49,863 bases of DNA from contig NZ_JAEMSD010000005.1 of NCBI RefSeq assembly GCF_016462955.1, forward strand, positions 1 through 49,863. The letters run 5' to 3'. The position numbers were made by a program, and so were the translations under genes. The first letter of the stretch is position 1, and each line of letters opens with the position of its first letter. The notes beneath the pieces are model-generated. The model did no database searches. It was not told the origin of the DNA and saw only the letters and a list, made by a program, of their open reading frames with translations. Shown here piece by piece: positions 1 to 9,526 of the stretch. This stretch comes from Bradyrhizobium sp. (GTDB taxonomy: Bacteria > Pseudomonadota > Alphaproteobacteria > Rhizobiales > Xanthobacteraceae).

Positions 1-891
1 CGGCCGTAGCGCTTCGGCCGCTTCCGTCGCCGAATTGATCTTGGTGACGCCGTTGGCGTGCAGGACCGTGGCGGTGGTCAGGATGATGAAGAAGGCGATA
101 CCGTTGGAGAGCAGCATGCCGGAGATGGTGTCAGTCTTGATGCGGCCGAGCTCGTGCTGGCCGCCGCGCTTGAGGTCGCGGAGCGGCTTGTCGCGTTTGC
201 CCTGGTTCATCTCCTCGACCTCCTGCGAGGCCTGCCAGAAGAACAGGTAGGGGCTGATCGTGGTGCCGAGCACGGCGACCACCATCAGGAGATAGTCGCC
301 GCTGACGTTCGGCGTCGGCCACACCGCGGCGAGCAGCGCCGTGCTCCAGGGAATCTGCACCGTGAAGGCGGTCGCGACATAGGCGAACAGCGCGAGTGTG
401 AGGAATTTCAGCAACGGAGAATAGCGGCGATAAGGCAGGAACACCTGGAGCAGGGCCGAGCCGGCCGCGAAGATCAGGGCGTGCTCGTGGTTGAGACCGC
501 CAATGACGAGCGAGAGCGCCTCGGCCATCGCGGCGATGTCGGCGGCGATGTTGAAGGTGTTCGCGGCAACCAGCATCGCGACCAGCGCCAGCACCGCCCA
601 TCGCGGCGCGATCTGCATGACGTTGGCGGCGATGCCCTTGCCGGTGACCCGCCCGATCTGCGCGCTGACGAGCTGGATCGCGATCATGAAAGGCGTGGTC
701 AAAAACACGGTCCACAGCAGGCCGAACCCGAATTGCGCGCCGGCCTGCGAATAGGTGGCGATCCCCGACGGATCGTCGTCGGCAGCTCCAGTGACGAGGC
801 CTGGCCCCAACCGTTGCAGCAGCGTCGGCGCGGACTTCGTCTCGGTAAGGGCGCCTTCGCGCATGAAGCGGGCCTCGAATGAGGTGAGCAT
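1..891 (-). CDS. NRAMP-family divalent metal cation transporter (runs off the window start)
   Basis: Minus-strand frame not in the ORF track, read manually from ATG at 891 (or 864): MLTSFEARFMREGALTETKSAPTLLQRLGPGLVTGAADDDPSGIATYSQAGAQFG; later GTTISPYLFFWQ; typical NRAMP-like motifs. Confidence 0.85.
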   Translation of the reverse strand, partial: MLTSFEARFMREGALTETKSAPTLLQRLGPGLVTGAADDDPSGIATYSQAGAQFGFGLLWTVFLTTPFMIAIQLVSAQIGRVTGKGIAANVMQIAPRWAVLALVAMLVAANTFNIAADIAAMAEALSLVIGGLNHEHALIFAAGSALLQVFLPYRRYSPLLKFLTLALFAYVATAFTVQIPWSTALLAAVWPTPNVSGDYLLMVVAVLGTTISPYLFFWQASQEVEEMNQGKRDKPLRDLKRGGQHELGRIKTDTISGMLLSNGIAFFIILTTATVLHANGVTKINSATEAAEALRP

Positions 892-1055
892 TTTAGCAAA
901 TACGAGTCGGGGAACATAAGTTCCACTGCCGGCACCCCACCGGCAAGTTCGATGCTCAACCGCCTCAAAGCGGCCAAAGCAGGAAGATCGCTATCATCCC
1001 GTGGTTGATATGGTCACCTCGCCGCGAGGCCTGCAGGTGCGCGGGACGAAAGCGG

Positions 1056-1241
1056 CTACTTGATGCTGACGAACATACCCCAGGCGGCGGCCAGCGCCGC
1101 GCCGGTGAAGAGGACCACCGGGTTGTCGCAGAACGTGCCGCCATAGCTGCACACGCTCGCTCCGAATTGGCCGAGCTCATGACGGCTCGCGGAATAGAAC
1201 AGTCCCGACAGCACCAGCAATGCAGCGGCGACGTAGTACAT
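1056..1241 (-). CDS. Small membrane protein (61 aa)
   Basis: MYYVAAALLVLSGLFYS...AAAWGMFVSIK; GGAG RBS upstream; two hydrophobic stretches. Confidence 0.6.
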   Translation of the reverse strand: MYYVAAALLVLSGLFYSASRHELGQFGASVCSYGGTFCDNPVVLFTGAALAAAWGMFVSIK

Positions 1242-1419
1242 GGGAGGTCTCTCCGGCTTGCCCCCGTCCAGGCGACATGTCTCAGCATGGTGCGAACAGT
1301 TTTCGTTTCGCCGAATCCACTCTGCGGCATTTAAGGTAAAGTTGACCCGCCCGGTAAAACACCTGCAGGATGACGCCCTTGACCAGGTCGGGATCGCGAT
1401 GATGATGGCGTTCGACATC

Positions 1420-1446
1420 AAAAAGGCCCCGCATCGCGGGGCCTTT
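1420..1446 (-). terminator. Rho-independent terminator
   Basis: aaaggccccgc-atc-gcggggccttt stem with a T-run on the minus strand, just after the stop of 1471..2097. Confidence 0.8.
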
Positions 1447-1470
1447 GTCGTGTTCATTCGCTCTTGGTGC

Positions 1471-2097
1471 CTATCGCCGCGAGCCTGTGCCGTACAGCTC
1501 GCGCTCGCGGCCGATATCCTCGGGCGATAAGGGCGGGCTTGCGGCGTCGAAGTCGGTCCAGCCGGACTTCTGCCACGCGGCGCTGCGCTCTTGCAGGTTG
1601 ACCGATCGCTCATGCAGGAGTGCATCGAGGCGCGCGCGGTCCTGGTCCGGCACCCTCGCGGTCACCAGCGTGCCGCCGCGGCGGACGCCTTCGGCATAAC
1701 GCGATGCGTCTTCCTTCGAGACACCGGTCTCGGTCAGGGCGCCGATGATTCCGCCCGTGGCCGCGCCGGCCGCCGCGCCTGCCGCGGTCGCTGCGAGCCA
1801 TCCGGCCGCGACCACCGGGCCGAGGCCGGGAATGGCCAGCAGGCCCAGGCCTGCCAGCAGGCCGGCAGCGCCGCCGAGCCCGGCGCCGATACCTGCACCC
1901 GTGCCCGCCCCTTCGGCGCGGTCATCGGTGCCGTCGCGGTCACGGTCGACCTTACCGGACGACGAGCCGTACCAATTGTCCGAATTGTTGGCGACGATGC
2001 TGATCTCGGAGTGCGGTACGCCGGCGCTTTCAAGCCGCGTGACGGCCTGCTGCGCATCGGAATAATTGTCGTACAGGCGAGAGATGGTGGTGGTCAT
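1471..2097 (-). CDS. General-stress-protein-like membrane protein (Gly/Ala-rich segment)
   Basis: MTTTISRLYDNY...GAGIGAGLGGAAGLLAGLGLLAIPGLGPVVAAG...YAEGVRRGGTLV; AGGAG RBS. Confidence 0.75.
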   Translation of the reverse strand: MTTTISRLYDNYSDAQQAVTRLESAGVPHSEISIVANNSDNWYGSSSGKVDRDRDGTDDRAEGAGTGAGIGAGLGGAAGLLAGLGLLAIPGLGPVVAAGWLAATAAGAAAGAATGGIIGALTETGVSKEDASRYAEGVRRGGTLVTARVPDQDRARLDALLHERSVNLQERSAAWQKSGWTDFDAASPPLSPEDIGRERELYGTGSRR

Positions 2098-2133
2098 TTA
2101 GATCTCCTTGCTTCTCGGAATGACTTGCGCCGA

Positions 2134-2454
2134 TTACTTGGTGGGGTTCACGTTGCCCTGGAAGTCGACGCTGACGTCGGCTTTGGTGCCGGCCTTGTCG
2201 GCCTTGCCGCGCCAGACGCCCTCGTTGTCCTTCTGCAGGCCGGAAACGTTGGAATAACCCGCGTCCTCGATCCGCGATTTCGCCTGTCCTTCAGTGAAGC
2301 TGTTGCGGCCAGCGACCGGCGCGTTGGAGTTGTTTTGGTCGGAGCTGTTGACGGCGTTGTTGCCCGGACCGCTTTGCGCCGGCTGCGATTGAGCGCCCGC
2401 GGATACCGAACCGAGCGTCAGCAAAGCTGCGGCCAGCACAGTTAGTCGTGACAT
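2134..2454 (-). CDS. Secreted PepSY-like small protein
   Basis: Signal peptide; NSFTEGQAKSRIEDAGYSNVSGLQKDNEGVWRGKA...VDFQGNV. Confidence 0.75.
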   Translation of the reverse strand: MSRLTVLAAALLTLGSVSAGAQSQPAQSGPGNNAVNSSDQNNSNAPVAGRNSFTEGQAKSRIEDAGYSNVSGLQKDNEGVWRGKADKAGTKADVSVDFQGNVNPTK

Positions 2455-2628
2455 GTTGTTGTCTCCCTTGAAGTGATTGTGCGGGCGACAACAAGCAAGT
2501 TTCGGATTGGTTGCTATTTGTTTCGAGGAGTTTGCTGCGGCTCATTGGTCGCGACTGTTTGCCTGCGACCATCTCGCACGTGCTGCACCCGTCCCGCAGC
2601 CGCCGCAATTGCGTGTGTCCGTCGCCTG

Positions 2629-2826
2629 CTACTTCGAAGATTGCGCGGACTCGGCCTGACCCTTCGTAGGCTCCCAAGGCGCGGGAAGGATCACGCGGAT
2701 GGGGCGGACTTCGGGGGCGCCTTGAAGGCCGGGTGCAGGCTGATCCTTGACGGGCTCAGCCAGCGCCACGCTCATCAGCGCCGCCATCATCGCCAGAGAA
2801 GTCGTCACGAGCCGCATGTCGAGCAT
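2629..2826 (-). CDS. Small secreted hypothetical protein (65 aa)
   Basis: AGGAGG RBS before ATG 2826; MLDMRLVTTSLAMMAALMSVALA signal-like. Confidence 0.55.
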   Translation of the reverse strand: MLDMRLVTTSLAMMAALMSVALAEPVKDQPAPGLQGAPEVRPIRVILPAPWEPTKGQAESAQSSK

Positions 2827-2854
2827 CGAAGCCTCCTGTTTGCTGTTGCGCACC

Positions 2855-2915
2855 AACGCGGTCCACGCCGGTTGGTTCGGCTCAGAACCGGGAACAAGTG
2901 GCAATTTGTGACGTT
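2855..2915. promoter_or_regulatory. Back-to-back sigma-EcfG-like general stress promoters
   Basis: Plus: GGAAC(2891)-N16-CGTT(2912); minus: CGAAC(2879)-N16-CGTT(2858). Confidence 0.6.
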
Positions 2916-2959
2916 TGCAGGAGACAAGCCCGCTAACCGGGCCATTGGAGGAGGAAACC

Positions 2960-3187
2960 ATGAATATCAAAGCGATCATTGCTGCCGCCGTGCTGACGTC
3001 AGTTGCGGCTCCCGCCTTTGCGCAATCGTTCTACGTTGTGCAGGACGTCAAGACCAAGAAGTGCACCATCACCGAGTCGAAGCCGACGACCACGGAGACG
3101 ACCGTCGTCAGCGGCGATACGATCTACAAGACGAGAGCGGAAGCCGAAACCGGCATGAAGACCGTCAAGGTCTGCACGTCGAACTAA
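2960..3187 (+). CDS. Small secreted protein with Cys pair (75 aa)
   Basis: GGAGGAGG RBS; MNIKAIIAAAVLTSVAAPAFA signal peptide; FYVVQDVKTKKC...KVC. Confidence 0.75.
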   Translation: MNIKAIIAAAVLTSVAAPAFAQSFYVVQDVKTKKCTITESKPTTTETTVVSGDTIYKTRAEAETGMKTVKVCTSN

Positions 3188-3567
3188 GGAAGATACGATA
3201 CCCATATCGCTGCTGTGGCCGCCCGGCCGTGATCGTTATCGGTGGCGGCATCTAGCTGATCGGCCACATGCAGTGAGTCGTGGGGAGGTTGAAGGCCTCG
3301 TCGCGATGGCGCCAAAGCAGCCCGCGCGGAGCGATCCGTCGCGGGCTGAGATTTCGAGGACGCCGTCATTGTCGGCAAACGAACATGAGAAGCTGAAAGT
3401 CATGGCCGACGCGGGGCGCCGACCCGATGAGTCGCAGCCGAACTCGACCGGGGCGAAGCGGCCGTGCGGGTGCCGGGCTGGCAGCACGGCATCGTGCTGC
3501 GCACCGTCCCGCCAAGCGCGGCAAACAGCCCTGCGCTGGTTCGAGGGACGCAGCTTGTCCGTGATCC

Positions 3568-4341
3568 TCAACCGGCGAGCGACACCTCGAGCGGCTCAAG
3601 TCCGCGCACCGCCGGAAGCGACATGAAGCCGGGCTTGGCGAAATAATAGCCTTGGAACAGCCTGATGCCCGCGGCGCGCAGGGTGATGAGTTCGGCTTCG
3701 CTCTCGACGCCCTCGGCGAGGAGGGTGATGTCCAGCTCGCGCGCGATCGCGGCCAGTGCGGACACGATTACCTGCTTCGGATGGCTGGCATCGATGCCGC
3801 GGAGCAGCTCCATGTCGATCTTGATCAGGTTCGGCTGCAGCCGGGCAAGCAAGGTGAGGCCGGCATAGCCGGCGCCGAAATCATCAAGCGCGGTCCAGAA
3901 CCCCAACGCCTTGTATGCTCGCACGATGTTCTCGACATGCGCCGGATCGCTCATCCGCTCGTTTTCGGTGAATTCGAACATCAGGTTCTCTGCCGGAAAG
4001 TTCGCGCGCCGCGCCGCCGCGAGCGATTGCTGAATGCACGCGCGCGGCTCGTACACGGCATTCGGCATGAAATTGATGGACAGACGCGCCTGCGGATCGT
4101 CGAACAGCTTGCCGGCCGTCTCAATTGCCATGACGCGGGCGGCCTGGTCGAAGCGGTAGAGCTGATCGTCGGTGAGCTGGCCCAGCACGCTGTGCGCACC
4201 TTCGCCGTTGGGGCCGCGCACCAGGGCCTCATAGCCCCAGACGCGGTGCTCCATGACGTCGACGATCGGCTGGAACGCCATCTTGAATTCGAACGGCAGC
4301 TCCGCACCGTCCCTGCATCCCGCGCACGTCACCGCCATCAC
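3568..4341 (-). CDS. Stand-alone EAL-domain c-di-GMP phosphodiesterase
   Basis: FQPIV, EALVR, DDFGAGY, KID, EGVE, QGYYF motifs. Confidence 0.9.
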   Translation of the reverse strand: MMAVTCAGCRDGAELPFEFKMAFQPIVDVMEHRVWGYEALVRGPNGEGAHSVLGQLTDDQLYRFDQAARVMAIETAGKLFDDPQARLSINFMPNAVYEPRACIQQSLAAARRANFPAENLMFEFTENERMSDPAHVENIVRAYKALGFWTALDDFGAGYAGLTLLARLQPNLIKIDMELLRGIDASHPKQVIVSALAAIARELDITLLAEGVESEAELITLRAAGIRLFQGYYFAKPGFMSLPAVRGLEPLEVSLAG

Positions 4342-4563
4342 GCAACCCCCTGCCTTGCGGCCGCAACCGTAGAGGACGCGGGGTTAAGGAAGAGAGAAGT
4401 GGGCCGCGATCGATGAACGCAGAGCGTTCAGTTGTGCACACAACCGGCCCGTCCGGCGAATGCAGCCGGGCGACGAAACGAACTTGAAACCGTACTGAAA
4501 CCATATCGTCCTGAACTCGGCGGGGCTGGTGCCCGACCAACGGATCGAACAGGAGAGACAATC

Positions 4564-4668
4564 ATGATCCAGATCGGTTCGAAGGAAGAAGTCGCGTTGC
4601 TGCTGGCGCTGTTCGGCACCCATACCCAGCCCGTCAGGCGGCCGAAGCCGAAGTCGCAGCAGAGGTGA
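4564..4668 (+). CDS. Small hypothetical protein (34 aa)
   Basis: AGGAGAG RBS, MIQIGSKEEVALLLALFG...; GTGA overlap with next gene. Confidence 0.45.
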   Translation: MIQIGSKEEVALLLALFGTHTQPVRRPKPKSQQR

Positions 4669-4925
4669 GCGACGCCATGCCCGGTTTGGCCGAATGCCAG
4701 AGCCTGCTCAGGCTCCTGATTGCCAAGGGCGATCCCAAGGCCATCCCGCTTGCCAAGGGTGCCATCGACCAGTTCCTGAACACGGTGCCGGCGAGCGCCC
4801 GCGGGCGGGGCCTGCGCGTGCTCCAGCGCGACGCACTCGACCAGCAGGATGTCGCGGTCGGCGTGCAGCGCTCGTTCGCCGAGACGGTGGACGCCTATAT
4901 CGAGGGCAAGCTTACGGAGGAGTAG
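4665..4925 (+). CDS. Hypothetical protein
   Basis: 86-aa ORF, coupled by GTGA overlap, normal codon usage. Confidence 0.6.
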   Translation: MSDAMPGLAECQSLLRLLIAKGDPKAIPLAKGAIDQFLNTVPASARGRGLRVLQRDALDQQDVAVGVQRSFAETVDAYIEGKLTEE

Positions 4926-5189
4926 GCCGGCCCAGTCCGGCCTGCCGCGGGTCCGAGGTGTTCCAGGAGCGCATGGATTTCCGAAACTCGTTTTCGGCCC
5001 CGGCGAAACGTCTGTTCACTCCCCGGCCTATAAGGCCCAAAGGTCGCCGACATGGTGCGCGATGCGGTGCTCTCCGCGCCGCTGACCGGCAAGAGATGGT
5101 GATAGACGTTCGCGACGCTGGCGGTCCGTGATGCAGGTGAGGTTCTGCTTCGAGATCGAAGATCTCAGGTCGCGATCCGCATCCCGCGA

Positions 5190-5417
5190 TCACTGACGCG
5201 TCAGCGTCGGCCGGGATGGCACGGGCGGTGGCGGCAGAGACTGCTCGGAATCAAGCACGGCGACCTTGCGGTCGAGCTGCCAGACCTCGACCTTGCCCCG
5301 CCGCGTGAACTGCCGGGCAAAGGTGAGGGCGGAGGAATCGGACGGGGCTTCGAAAGCTTCGGTGGAGCGGAAGACGCCGTTCTCACCGACGAGATAAGCG
5401 CGATATGGCTGCGTCAT
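5190..5417 (-). CDS. Hypothetical protein
   Basis: MTQPYRAYLVGENG...VEVWQLDRKVA; ATGA overlap with upstream gene. Confidence 0.6.
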   Translation of the reverse strand: MTQPYRAYLVGENGVFRSTEAFEAPSDSSALTFARQFTRRGKVEVWQLDRKVAVLDSEQSLPPPPVPSRPTLTRQ

Positions 5418-5614
5418 GTCGGCGCCCTCAGCCCGGGCGAGCGCAGCCAGGCCTCGATCTGCATGGCGGTCTCGTCGCGCCGCGCCTCGCGCAGCAGCAT
5501 GTCGCGGCGGTGCCCCGGCGCCAGCTGGCGCGCTTCGTCACGGCAGCGCGCGGCCTCGTCCGCCAGTCTTTCGGTCAGGGTCTTGATCTGTTTGATACGA
5601 CGCCGCTTCGGCAT
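5414..5614 (-). CDS. Hypothetical protein
   Basis: GAGGGAG RBS; MPKRRRIKQIKTLTERL...WLRSPGLRAPT. Confidence 0.6.
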   Translation of the reverse strand: MPKRRRIKQIKTLTERLADEAARCRDEARQLAPGHRRDMLLREARRDETAMQIEAWLRSPGLRAPT

Positions 5615-5828
5615 GGCGTGCTCCCTCATACGAGTAAGGCGGGAGCGCAATCGGCGTTCTCATCACCGATCTCTGCCACGGGCCTTGCGGTGATGGATTA
5701 AGTCTACGCCCCCTGGCAGTGGAGAGTCACATCAATTGATAACGGGCGCGGGGATTATTTTCGTGGCGAAGCGTGAGCATCTTGAGCCACTTACTCACCT
5801 CGCGCGGCTAGATCCCAAAGTTCACTAT

Positions 5829-5853
5829 TGAACAAAAGCGACTTCAGATCGTT
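5829..5853 (+). promoter_or_regulatory. Sigma-EcfG-like promoter
   Basis: TGAAC-N16-CGTT about 90 nt upstream of the 5946 ORF. Confidence 0.4.
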
Positions 5854-5945
5854 TGCAAGGCATCACCGGCCGAGGCTTTGCCCGTAGGCGTCGGTGGCTG
5901 AGAGACCGAGCGTGCTCCCGCCTATAGAGCGAAGGGAGCCGCACC

Positions 5946-6104
5946 ATGCCGGTGTTTCGGCCGTTGCCTGTCGACCATGAGCAGGCCGAGTACATGCGTC
6001 AAATCGTGCGCCAATGCCGCGAACTGCTGAAGCAGCCGCCGCCCGATACGTTTCTGGGGCGGAAGACGCAGGACGCGCCTCCGAAGGCGGAGGATCACTG
6101 GTAA
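5946..6104 (+). CDS. Small hypothetical protein (52 aa), not in the ORF track
   Basis: GGGAG RBS; MPVFRPLPVDHEQAEYMRQIVRQCRELLKQPPPDTFLGRKTQDAPPKAEDHW. Confidence 0.55.
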   Translation: MPVFRPLPVDHEQAEYMRQIVRQCRELLKQPPPDTFLGRKTQDAPPKAEDHW

Positions 6105-6398
6105 GGGCATGCGTGTGACATCCTCGCGTTGCGCTGGGATCAAAGCACGACGTCGAGCGAACCGTCCAAAAGGCTACGCATCATCACTGTCGCTGACGCC
6201 GAAACGCCGTGTTGCTCGGCCGGCCCTGCTTCGCTCTGCCACGATGGGCACGACTCCAACTCGGCCGGCAGCAGTTAGGAAGCAGGCGCGGGTTGACATT
6301 GTTCCTGTTTTGTTCTAGCGTGCGACCTCAACCTTAAGACGAAAAGCCGGAGCAATTGGCTCGTTTGCGTTCGCTCTTATTTTTTTGCAAGGTGGTCG

Positions 6399-7178
6399 AT
6401 GAGTACCTCGCCTCTCGCATTTGTCTTGTTGAACAAGTGGTCGACGCCGGACACGTCGGCGATCGCCAGGGTCCTTCAGGAGCGGCATCCCGAGTTGGCA
6501 ACGGAGCCGGTGGACAGTGGAGAAGAGCAACCTTCTCACGCGAATTCGCCGCTCATCCGCTGCGGCAACGAGTTGGTTGCGGTCATGTCGATGCCGGCAC
6601 CGATTCCGCAAGACCCGGGACTGTGGGCGCGCGCTGCGCGAACCTGGCCGGAAAGCGAGGCCGTGGCAACGGGCCATCAAGGTCACATCATCGTCTCGCT
6701 GCTTGGAAAAGCTGAGCAGCCGTTGGTCGCCGCCCGCCTTACGACTGCAGTGATCGGTGCGTTGATTGCCACCGTGCCGGAATGTTGCGGCGTGGTGTGG
6801 GCTGGCCGAGTGGCGCGGCCGGCTGACTTATGGCTGGAGGAGTCTCGCTGGTCGCTCGCACCATATCCGGACTATCCTTTCAGGTTATGGGTCGACATCC
6901 TTCCATTTCGGTCAGGCGCAATGGTCGGGGTTATCACGATGGGATTGGCGGCCTTCGTTGGCCGTGAGATCGAGTTCGTGACCGCTAAGCTCGCGCTTCC
7001 GGCGTTGTTCGAGAAGGTAGCAGGGCTTTCCGTATATCTGATCGAGCACGGAAGCGTGGTGAAGGACGGCGATACAATGGGAGCAAGTGCGAGCGAGCGG
7101 ATTGCAGTGCGCTACAAGAACTCTGATATTTTTGAAGGGCCGCCGGTGTTTCATTGTACGGATGAACTCGCGCACTAA
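6399..7178 (+). CDS. DUF4261-like domain protein
   Basis: C-terminal LWVDI...TMGLAAFVGREIE...YLIEHGSVVKDGDTMG pattern. Confidence 0.65.
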   Translation: MSTSPLAFVLLNKWSTPDTSAIARVLQERHPELATEPVDSGEEQPSHANSPLIRCGNELVAVMSMPAPIPQDPGLWARAARTWPESEAVATGHQGHIIVSLLGKAEQPLVAARLTTAVIGALIATVPECCGVVWAGRVARPADLWLEESRWSLAPYPDYPFRLWVDILPFRSGAMVGVITMGLAAFVGREIEFVTAKLALPALFEKVAGLSVYLIEHGSVVKDGDTMGASASERIAVRYKNSDIFEGPPVFHCTDELAH

Positions 7179-7225
7179 TTTCTCGAGGGCGCATCGACTG
7201 TTAGTTGCACCAATGGAAGATCGCT

Positions 7226-7266
7226 TTGACACGTCGGGCAAAACACTGGCAGAATGGCATCATCGA
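7226..7266 (+). repeat. 41-bp dispersed repeat, copy 1 (hairpin 7279-7303 plus T-rich tail follows)
   Basis: TTGACACGTCGGGCAAAACACTGGCAGAATGGCATCATCGA. Confidence 0.95.
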
Positions 7267-7335
7267 AGAACTCGAAACAGGGCTGCGGATCTGCCGCAGT
7301 CTTGTTTGTTTTGGCGGCGCAGAGATGTCCGTGCG

Positions 7336-8859
7336 TTACGCGCCACCCGGCCCGAACCACCGTTTCAACGCATCAGCAAGTCCGCGCTGGCTCCCGTCTC
7401 CTACCCAGGCCACATGTCCATCCGGCCGCACCAGCACGGCGCTCGGCGCAGGGACCGCTCCGATGGCCGGAAGCTGCAAGTCGCCGTCGTAATCGGCGTC
7501 GACTCTTTGCAGGCGGTCCGCCCAGGGCGTGATGTCGATGCCGCCGCGTTTGCCGAAATGGAGCAGCACGCCGCGCGCGCCGTGCAGAAGCGTGAACAGA
7601 CGCAGCTTCTGTCCGTCGACCACGAGATCGAGATCGGGCATGCGGCGTCCTAGCAACGCGTGGCCTTCGCCGAGGTCGTAGCGAATGTCGAGCCCGCTCA
7701 TCATTGCGCCAAAGCGCTGTCGCGGCTCGTCCATGGCGAGCAGCTCGGAGATCACCTCGCGCGCGGCCTTGCGGCCATCGTCGCCGCGGCGGAGCAGGGC
7801 GATCTGCGCCATCGTGTCTTTCAGCACGCGCGCGGCCACGGGATGGCGCTCGGCATGATAGCTGTCGAGCAGGCTGTCCGGCGAGATGCCCTTCACGACC
7901 TGTGCCAGCTTCCAGCCGAGATTGACCGCGTCCTGCACACCGAGGTTGAGGCCCTGGCCGCCGACGGAGTGATGGATGTGCGCGGCATCGCCGGCGAGCA
8001 GCACGCGGCGCTTGCGATAGGAGACGGCCTGCCGCGCCGCGTCGGTGAAGCGGGAGATCCAGGCGGGATTGTGCACGCCGAAATCGGTGCCGTACACGGT
8101 GACGATGGCCTCGCAGAGATCGCGCAAACTGGGCTCGCCGCTGCGCGAGAGCGTGGCTTCCGTCACGACGACCAGCACGCGTCCGCTCTCGGTCTTGCTG
8201 AGGCCGTGGAAGCCGAGAGCGTCATGACGTAGGCCGAAAATCGGTTCCTGCCGCATCTCGACCTCGGCCATGAGGTTGCTGAGCGTCGGATCTGAGCCGG
8301 CAAGGTCGATGCCGGCGGCTTTGCGCACCGCGCTACGGCCGCCGTCGCAGCCGACGAGATAGTCCGCGCGCAAGCGCGCGCCGTCCGACAGGATGATTTC
8401 GACGCCGGTCTCGTCCTGCGCGAAGTCGATCACCTCGCGGTTCCGATAGATCGGCACCTCGAGCTCAGAGGCCCATTCAGCGAGGAGGCGCTCGATGTGG
8501 TTCTGCCGCAGCGCGAGCCCGTAAGGATGGCGGGTGGGGAGATCGCTGATGTCTAGCCTGGTCCAGGCGAAGCCGGCGAGCTGCGTGACCTGGCCTTCGC
8601 GCAGAAAGCGCTCGGCAACGCCGCGCTGATCGAGGATTTCGATGGTGCGCGCGTGCAGTCCGCCGGCGCGGGTTTCGACGATCGCCTGATCGCGACGCCG
8701 TTCGACGATGGCGACGTCGACATGCGCGAGCGCAAGCTCGGCGGCAAGCATCAGCCCGGTCGGGCCGCCGCCGGCAATGATGACCTCATGGCCGGTGGCT
8801 GCTGCGCGTTCTGAACGCGTTCGGCCGTGCGACCGGGACGTTGGAAACGATACAGGCAT
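7336..8859 (-). CDS. FAD-dependent monooxygenase (rifampicin monooxygenase/aromatic hydroxylase-like)
   Basis: GGGPTG, GCDGGRS, LLAGDAAHIH..GGQGLNLG, LVRPDGHVAW; likely start MPVSFP at 8859, not 9378. Confidence 0.85.
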   Translation of the reverse strand: MPVSFPTSRSHGRTRSERAAATGHEVIIAGGGPTGLMLAAELALAHVDVAIVERRRDQAIVETRAGGLHARTIEILDQRGVAERFLREGQVTQLAGFAWTRLDISDLPTRHPYGLALRQNHIERLLAEWASELEVPIYRNREVIDFAQDETGVEIILSDGARLRADYLVGCDGGRSAVRKAAGIDLAGSDPTLSNLMAEVEMRQEPIFGLRHDALGFHGLSKTESGRVLVVVTEATLSRSGEPSLRDLCEAIVTVYGTDFGVHNPAWISRFTDAARQAVSYRKRRVLLAGDAAHIHHSVGGQGLNLGVQDAVNLGWKLAQVVKGISPDSLLDSYHAERHPVAARVLKDTMAQIALLRRGDDGRKAAREVISELLAMDEPRQRFGAMMSGLDIRYDLGEGHALLGRRMPDLDLVVDGQKLRLFTLLHGARGVLLHFGKRGGIDITPWADRLQRVDADYDGDLQLPAIGAVPAPSAVLVRPDGHVAWVGDGSQRGLADALKRWFGPGGA

Positions 8860-8980
8860 GTCGTGACCCTGGAGTGGTTGCTCGGGCCGAGGGGTCTTAC
8901 GCGATCGCCTGGGGCTTGAAGCAAGTCCCTTGCGCACCACATATGAAGATGGGAGATGAGGCTTTGCCGTGTTCGGCGCG

Positions 8981-9021
8981 TTGACACGTCGGGCAAAACA
9001 CTGGCAGAACGGCATCATCGA
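8981..9021 (+). repeat. 41-bp repeat, copy 2 (no complete hairpin after it)
   Basis: One mismatch to copy 1. Confidence 0.95.
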
Positions 9022-9044
9022 GATGCGCCCCGCTTTTGCTGCGC

Positions 9045-9260
9045 TTAGTCGTCCTTCGCCAAATCGCCGGGTTGTGTGGGCAGATCGATGCTGCCGCCCT
9101 CGCCATGCGCGAGATCGCGACCATCGTCCGCCGTCTCGTCGCCGTCTTCGACGATCGCTTGCTGCGTGGGGCGCTCCTCGTCGATGCTCGGCTTTGAGCC
9201 CGCAAGATTTCGCGCCGCCTCGTCTTGCGATTTTCCGAGTGAGGTCGTCTTCATCGTCAT
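9045..9260 (-). CDS. Small acidic hydrophilic protein (71 aa)
   Basis: AGGAGAG RBS; MTMKTTSLGKSQDE...; CGAAC-N16-CGTT at 9306-9282. Confidence 0.6.
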   Translation of the reverse strand: MTMKTTSLGKSQDEAARNLAGSKPSIDEERPTQQAIVEDGDETADDGRDLAHGEGGSIDLPTQPGDLAKDD

Positions 9261-9307
9261 GGCAGTCTCTCCTGATTGTCCAACGCGGCTTGCACGAAAT
9301 CGTTCGT

Positions 9308-9396
9308 TTGACACGTCGGGCAAAACACTGGCAGAATGGCATCATCGAAACGAGTTTCAGTGAGCCCGCGCGGAGCAATCTGCGGCGGGCCTTTTC
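9308..9396 (+). repeat. 41-bp repeat, copy 3, with terminator hairpin
   Basis: Identical to copy 1, then gcccgcgcgg-agcaa-tctgcggcgggc-ctttt. Confidence 0.95.
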
Positions 9397-9437
9397 TTGT
9401 CCGCTTCGCGCGAGACGTATCGCTCACAGCACGAGGT

Positions 9438-9526
9438 TTGACACGTCGGGCAAAACACCGGCAGAATGACATCATCGAGACGAGTTTGGTTGACCCGCGC
9501 GGAACTATCCGCCGCGGGTTTTTTCG
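9438..9526 (+). repeat. 41-bp repeat, copy 4, with terminator hairpin (130 bp after copy 3)
   Basis: Two mismatches, then acccgcgcgg-aactat-ccgccgcgggt-ttttt. Confidence 0.95.

Noticed and set aside
900-924. EcfG promoter for the NRAMP gene
   Set aside because: GGAAC is present but the -10 element (CGTA at 15-nt spacing) fits poorly.
8860-9378. N-terminal extension of the 680-aa monooxygenase ORF
   Set aside because: It reads through two repeat copies (MMPFCQCFARRV twice) and overlaps the 9045-9260 gene; enzyme motifs begin only after 8859.
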